The notes below the pieces were generated by a model that was given only the letters and a program-made list of their open reading frames with translations, had not been told where the DNA came from and searched no databases. From IMG/VR virus record IMGVR_UViG_3300046005_000547, positions 170,736 to 234,735 of that record: a stretch of 64,000 nt of DNA, one strand, 5' to 3'. Position 1 is the stretch's first letter; each line of letters starts with the position of its first letter. Shown here piece by piece: positions 59,630 to 64,000 of the stretch. The position numbers were made by a program, and so were the translations under genes.

Positions 59630-62431
59630 ATGAAAACCTTCACTGACATACGCAAACAAATCAACGAGAACAGTCTTTATACTTCTCAACAAGAGAAAGA
59701 CGACTTCCTGAAAGATAAAAAGAAAATTGTAACTGCATTCTTATACTCTTTCATCGGTAATCTATCTCTTTACAATAAAGACTCTGCCAAAGCAAAACAT
59801 TATTTCTTATCGGATAAGAAATTACAGATTGTCAACATCAATGACGATAACAATGATGCGTCTTTAATTCTGAAAATCATGCATGATGAACATGGATTCA
59901 AGAATACAAACACTGCCAATGAGATGACTAAATTATTGGCAAAATTGAAAGTCTCGGATGTATCATCATTCGATGATGCAATTATCAGAGCATGGTTGTC
60001 GGATCTATCTCCTGCGTTCCATTCCGCTATCCCAACGGATTTGAAAAAGACTGTCGATGATTACATGAATAGTGTCACCAGTTTCGATAGATTGAGTTAC
60101 AAATTGTATAAACATAAGACTGCTTATGGTGACGGAGAGTATCTTGATTTGGCAAAGAAAGTTGGTCGAATCGAAAGACATACACATAAACCGAAAGTCG
60201 TAGTGACTCCAACTGCATCTGCCGTTCCACCTACATTAGCAAATCCTCAGATATTTGTTCCTACCGTTAATACATCGACTGCTGTTGTTACAACTCCACC
60301 GGATGTTATAGATGAACCTATTCAAATTGTTGAGAAAGAACCAGAAGTTAAACAATTCAATCAAGAATTGTATGACAAATTTAAAGTTAAAAATTTATTG
60401 AGTGATGATGAATGGGATGAATTGATTGAGGATAAAGAAGTTTTCGTTAAAATAATGATTGAATCTCCGAAACGATTATATACAACCCAATACCATAAAA
60501 TTAGAAAAGTTATGTTCAAAGAATTATCGGAAGAACAACTCATGGAAATGAAGAAAGTCTCCTGGAATTTAGATGTATTTAAATATGATATCAAAGATTC
60601 AATCATGATTCTGAAAGATAGAAATATGGATTTCGTTAAGATTTTTGGACCTTTACGAGTTGCGCAATATATGTGCGACAAAGATATTTCCGCGGGTAAA
60701 GAAATCATTGATTTTTATACTGAACAAAAGATCTTAATTTCAACTGATAATGGTAATCGTATTGTAAAGGATTTTCCAGAAATCTTAGTGGATGCAGTTA
60801 AATTGACAATCAAAGACATGGGAGTCGATTATGGTAGCTCGATGGCTGTTCATTTAAATCAACAACAAATTGATGAAATTTATGATGTTAATGATAGATT
60901 ACTTGTATTACGAAATGTTGTATTGACTGGTAGATTGATAAAGGATCCAGTTGATTTATTGAAGAAATTCAATTACAATGAAGTTTTAATCAAAGCTGGT
61001 TTAGAAAATACAAGTGTGCCTCATTTCACGCCGTATCTAAATTCAATGAATAAATTGTTCATGGAAGATATGGATAAATGGTATCCATGGGAACGAAAAT
61101 ATAGTTACATTAAACAATTATTCACCAAACCAAATGTAATTGATTATTTCAATGATAAATTTAAAAGAGCATTTACGGATGATGGTGTATTTGAATACTT
61201 CGACGACAAAGAACGATTAGATGGTATTTCATCATCATTGTTTGATTTGTTAGTATCCAATTATAAAACCAAACCGGAACTTGTTGATTCTATCTTCAAT
61301 GATTTTGGTGATAAGATTAAAACAAGAGTCAAAAAGAATTTCAACTCGACATTCAGAGTGATGCATGATTTAAAAGATAGCGCATTACCAATCAAAGAAG
61401 AACTAGATGCCAAATCTATTCAAGCTATCTTGGAATTCAATGACATCGACCTTAGTGTAATTTCTGGCACCAAAATGAAATTCTCTAAGAACAAATCGTT
61501 AAGTCAAACAATCAATGATTTTGTTAAAGATGAATCTGTTACCACTATTGAACCATTGAAAATTGTTGATTTGAAAACATCTGATGCAGATAACAAGAAG
61601 TTATCTCAGAAGATTGTTGATGAAACGCATTCTGGTGGTAAACATGGGGACATCTATCCATTAGTCTTACGTCAATTTGAAGTTCATCTACCAGATGATA
61701 AATTCCAAGAGTTCAAAAAATTGATGATTCAGAATAATTCACATAAAGAGATTGTTCCTGCTTTCCATGGCACTGGTTCTATTGCAGCTAATATGATTCT
61801 TAGATATGGATTTAAAGTGTTACCAGAACAAAGTAATTCTGCTATTGGTATACAAGGTAGAATGTTAGGTGATGGTATTTACTTTGGTACCAATATCGAC
61901 AAAGTATTACAATATGTTGGTAATAAAGGAATGACCAGAAGACTTGGTACAACTGGATATGTATTTGAAATGGAGAACGAACTTGGGGTAAAAGGTAATG
62001 ATTACAAAGAAGCTGGGTTGGGTAATGATAAAATTGCTTCGCCAGAATGGGTTGTATTTGATGCCAACAGACAATTAAAAATTATTAAGGCGTATGAAGT
62101 GAAATTGGTAGATAAATCAGAATTAGATAAATCATTAAATGAATCAGTCAAACCAAGAATGATGTCATTCAAAGAATATGTTGATATCAAGAAGAACAAT
62201 TATACATCATACAATTTCTATGACAGAAATGTAATTACGCCTGATGGCAAAGTAATCAAATCGACTGATGTAACAGACACTACATTTAAGAAAGGTATTA
62301 GAGTTGAAATCAGAGGAAGAATTACATCAGTGATTATTCCAACGAAACAATTAGAATTCAATGATGTATTGAGTTGTTATGATTTACAGGATAAACAATT
62401 AGACAAGTATCTTCGTCTATTGAATAAATAA
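59630..62431 (+). CDS. Large PARP-like (H-Y-E) ADP-ribosyltransferase, probable injected head protein (functional analogue of T4 Alt)
   Basis: N-term MKTFTDIRKQINE; catalytic motifs AFHGT, GRMLGDGIYF, SPEWVVF; (TAAA)n late-promoter-like tract and AAGGA RBS upstream. Confidence 0.8.
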   Translation: MKTFTDIRKQINENSLYTSQQEKDDFLKDKKKIVTAFLYSFIGNLSLYNKDSAKAKHYFLSDKKLQIVNINDDNNDASLILKIMHDEHGFKNTNTANEMTKLLAKLKVSDVSSFDDAIIRAWLSDLSPAFHSAIPTDLKKTVDDYMNSVTSFDRLSYKLYKHKTAYGDGEYLDLAKKVGRIERHTHKPKVVVTPTASAVPPTLANPQIFVPTVNTSTAVVTTPPDVIDEPIQIVEKEPEVKQFNQELYDKFKVKNLLSDDEWDELIEDKEVFVKIMIESPKRLYTTQYHKIRKVMFKELSEEQLMEMKKVSWNLDVFKYDIKDSIMILKDRNMDFVKIFGPLRVAQYMCDKDISAGKEIIDFYTEQKILISTDNGNRIVKDFPEILVDAVKLTIKDMGVDYGSSMAVHLNQQQIDEIYDVNDRLLVLRNVVLTGRLIKDPVDLLKKFNYNEVLIKAGLENTSVPHFTPYLNSMNKLFMEDMDKWYPWERKYSYIKQLFTKPNVIDYFNDKFKRAFTDDGVFEYFDDKERLDGISSSLFDLLVSNYKTKPELVDSIFNDFGDKIKTRVKKNFNSTFRVMHDLKDSALPIKEELDAKSIQAILEFNDIDLSVISGTKMKFSKNKSLSQTINDFVKDESVTTIEPLKIVDLKTSDADNKKLSQKIVDETHSGGKHGDIYPLVLRQFEVHLPDDKFQEFKKLMIQNNSHKEIVPAFHGTGSIAANMILRYGFKVLPEQSNSAIGIQGRMLGDGIYFGTNIDKVLQYVGNKGMTRRLGTTGYVFEMENELGVKGNDYKEAGLGNDKIASPEWVVFDANRQLKIIKAYEVKLVDKSELDKSLNESVKPRMMSFKEYVDIKKNNYTSYNFYDRNVITPDGKVIKSTDVTDTTFKKGIRVEIRGRITSVIIPTKQLEFNDVLSCYDLQDKQLDKYLRLLNK

Positions 62432-62470
62432 TGAAAGAATCCCAGACATGTTAAAGTGTCTGGGATTTTT
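62432..62470. terminator. Intrinsic terminator
   Basis: AATCCCAGACA/TGTCTGGGATT followed by TTT. Confidence 0.85.
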
Positions 62471-62471
62471 A

Positions 62472-62645
62472 ATGGAAATTTGTTGTTTTAAGATGGAATA
62501 ATAACATCCTGTAGAGTTTATTGACATATAATGGAAACGAACAACTAGAGTCCATTAACGAACAAATAATGGATGTTTTAATATTGATTTGTGGTCAGAA
62601 TATTGTATCCAATAAAAATCCCAGTCAACTTCGGTCTTCTGGGAT
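62472..62645. repeat. Partial cassette: inverted-repeat element H9 plus the array-type terminator
   Basis: Core TCCTGTAGAGTTTATTGACA at 62507-62526; AATAAAAATCCCAG..CTTCGG..CTGGGAT at about 62611-62645. Confidence 0.85.
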
Positions 62646-62652
62646 AATATAT

Positions 62653-62955
62653 TTAGATAGATGCGATGGAACCTTTGATGATACCAATACCATGTTTTTC
62701 TAAAAATTCGGAAGGTAAATCTTGTACATGGACGATAATACCTTCTTCTCTATGGTTGAATGCACCTTTACCAGAATTTGGACTATCGACAATTTTAGCA
62801 TCAGTGATAAACAATTTAATGTAATCAGTGCCTTTGGCTGACATTTTGATTTTGAAATTTACAGGGCGACCGTCTGCGTCAACGTAAATTTGTTCACCGC
62901 TTGATGATTTAGCTTCTTCCATAACCATCGCTTGGAATTCTTTAAATGTACTCAT
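62653..62955 (-). CDS. Putative internal head protein (T4 IP-like)
   Basis: MSTFKEFQAMVME/E N-terminus; own early promoter TTTCGA-N16-TATAAT at 62987-63014. Confidence 0.55.
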   Translation of the reverse strand: MSTFKEFQAMVMEEAKSSSGEQIYVDADGRPVNFKIKMSAKGTDYIKLFITDAKIVDSPNSGKGAFNHREEGIIVHVQDLPSEFLEKHGIGIIKGSIASI

Positions 62956-63028
62956 GTTTGTTCCTTTTAATTTTAAATTAGAATCAATTATAATGATTTC
63001 GCATTATATCGAAAGACTTTAATTATAT

Positions 63029-63223
63029 TTAGTCTTTCCAATCAATCCTTAGATTGTTCTTTGTAAAGAACTTCACAACGGATGAACTAATTACATTTCT
63101 GAAACATTGATGTAATTTAAAATTAGGTATCTTAACGCCGATATTACGAGTTATCCATTCAGATACATCTTTCTCAACGTAATTAATCAATTCTCTAATC
63201 TCATGGTCTTTTAAACCATTCAT
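63029..63223 (-). CDS. Hypothetical protein
   Basis: ATGA overlap with upstream gene. Confidence 0.6.
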   Translation of the reverse strand: MNGLKDHEIRELINYVEKDVSEWITRNIGVKIPNFKLHQCFRNVISSSVVKFFTKNNLRIDWKD

Positions 63224-63690
63224 GATTCTTTAATCGGTTCAATACTGAATGAATCGAATGTCAATTTATTTCCTTGTAATTGTTTAGTTAATTCTTCGAT
63301 CTTCTGAATATCTTCATCACTTGGTTTATACTTAATCGATAAATGTGGGATGTATTCAGGATAAGAATGTTTGTATCCTAGATTACTCAATACATTATGT
63401 TGAGCAATCAAATCAGGAGATTCTAATGTCAATGTAACGGCACCCCATGTAGAACCTTTCTCACCAAGTAATTTACATCCAGCGATAATACCAACAAATT
63501 TATCATGTAATGATTCAACTTTGTATGCGGGATTAGATACATCATACATTAATGTTACATGTAAATCCTCGATGATGTCTTCAATTCCATTATCATTGAA
63601 GAAACCTCTGATACGTTTGGAATCCTCTTCCGATAATTTAACAGATACGTATCCACCATTATATTGTTTCCATTGTTCAAATGTTAACAT
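63220..63690 (-). CDS. 2H phosphoesterase, T4 gp57B/Acb1-like anti-CBASS nuclease
   Basis: GYVSVKLS; DLHVTLMY (HxT); YKHSYPEYIPHLSIKY (HxS). Confidence 0.8.
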   Translation of the reverse strand: MLTFEQWKQYNGGYVSVKLSEEDSKRIRGFFNDNGIEDIIEDLHVTLMYDVSNPAYKVESLHDKFVGIIAGCKLLGEKGSTWGAVTLTLESPDLIAQHNVLSNLGYKHSYPEYIPHLSIKYKPSDEDIQKIEELTKQLQGNKLTFDSFSIEPIKES

Positions 63691-63999
63691 TTATTTTCCT
63701 TTTAAAATGTATGAATTATTGACCAAATAAAAATTTACAAATCCTTTACTCGTTTTTTCATCAACGAATGTGAACCCCAATGAAGAATCTCTTGAAATCT
63801 TTTTAGATAATACTCTATACATAGAAACTCTGTTTGATTCTGATGTATCTGCACTAAATTGTAATTCAACAATTTCATTATGTGAATGGAAATCCTTTAT
63901 ATTAGATAATACAGTTGAAAATTTTAATGTTGCATTTCCTTTATTAGATTCATCTTGTAGATAATTATCAGAACCTTTAATTTTGAAATCAACTTCATA
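63691..63999 (-). CDS. 3' part of a hypothetical protein (start beyond window)
   Basis: Hand translation YEVDFKIKG...KFSTVLSNIKDF...LQFSAD...RVSMYRVL...ILKGK*, stop abuts the 57B-like start. Confidence 0.65.
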   Translation of the reverse strand, partial: YEVDFKIKGSDNYLQDESNKGNATLKFSTVLSNIKDFHSHNEIVELQFSADTSESNRVSMYRVLSKKISRDSSLGFTFVDEKTSKGFVNFYLVNNSYILKGK

Positions 64000-64000
64000 A

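Noticed and set aside
1-64000. tRNA genes, stop-codon recoding, introns or inteins in core genes
   Set aside because: No cloverleaf-like sequence noticed by eye (tRNAscan-SE would be decisive). Core genes are full length and uninterrupted in code 11, with TAG used as a real stop (3957, 12689).

Overview
64 kb of an AT-rich (roughly 30% GC by eye), T4-like large/jumbo myovirus genome in the standard genetic code, with most genes on the minus strand. Core genes: nrdA/nrdB, ThyX, gp61 primase, gp41 helicase, UvsX, RNase HI, a GroES homolog, Hoc-like Ig protein and the end of a tail gene block. Three things stand out. (1) A complete-looking post-replicative thymine hypermodification pathway: two TET/JBP 2OG-Fe(II) dioxygenases, a 5hmU-kinase-like P-loop kinase translationally coupled to an aGPT-Pplase/amino-acid:DNA transferase, and a second such transferase. 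ThyX is present rather than a dUMP hydroxymethylase. (2) A non-coding system of 430-490 bp tandem cassettes (arrays at about 25.5-26.7 kb and 57.9-59.6 kb). Each unit has a promoter, a short terminated transcript, a ~105 bp nested inverted-repeat element, an RBS+ATG and phased TTCGA boxes. The same scaffold occurs both empty and filled with genes, and the inverted-repeat element is dispersed in 9 copies. (3) Many proteins with T4-type capsid-targeting N-termini (M-x-T/S-F-x-E/Q...I/L/V-x-E), including a 933-aa PARP-like ADP-ribosyltransferase, a PRTase, a restriction-like nuclease and GNAT-like proteins, alongside a counter-defence set (Acb1/gp57B, sirtuin, alarmone hydrolase, SLOG, metacaspase, several nucleotidyltransferases). 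All assignments come from motif recognition by eye; no searches were run.
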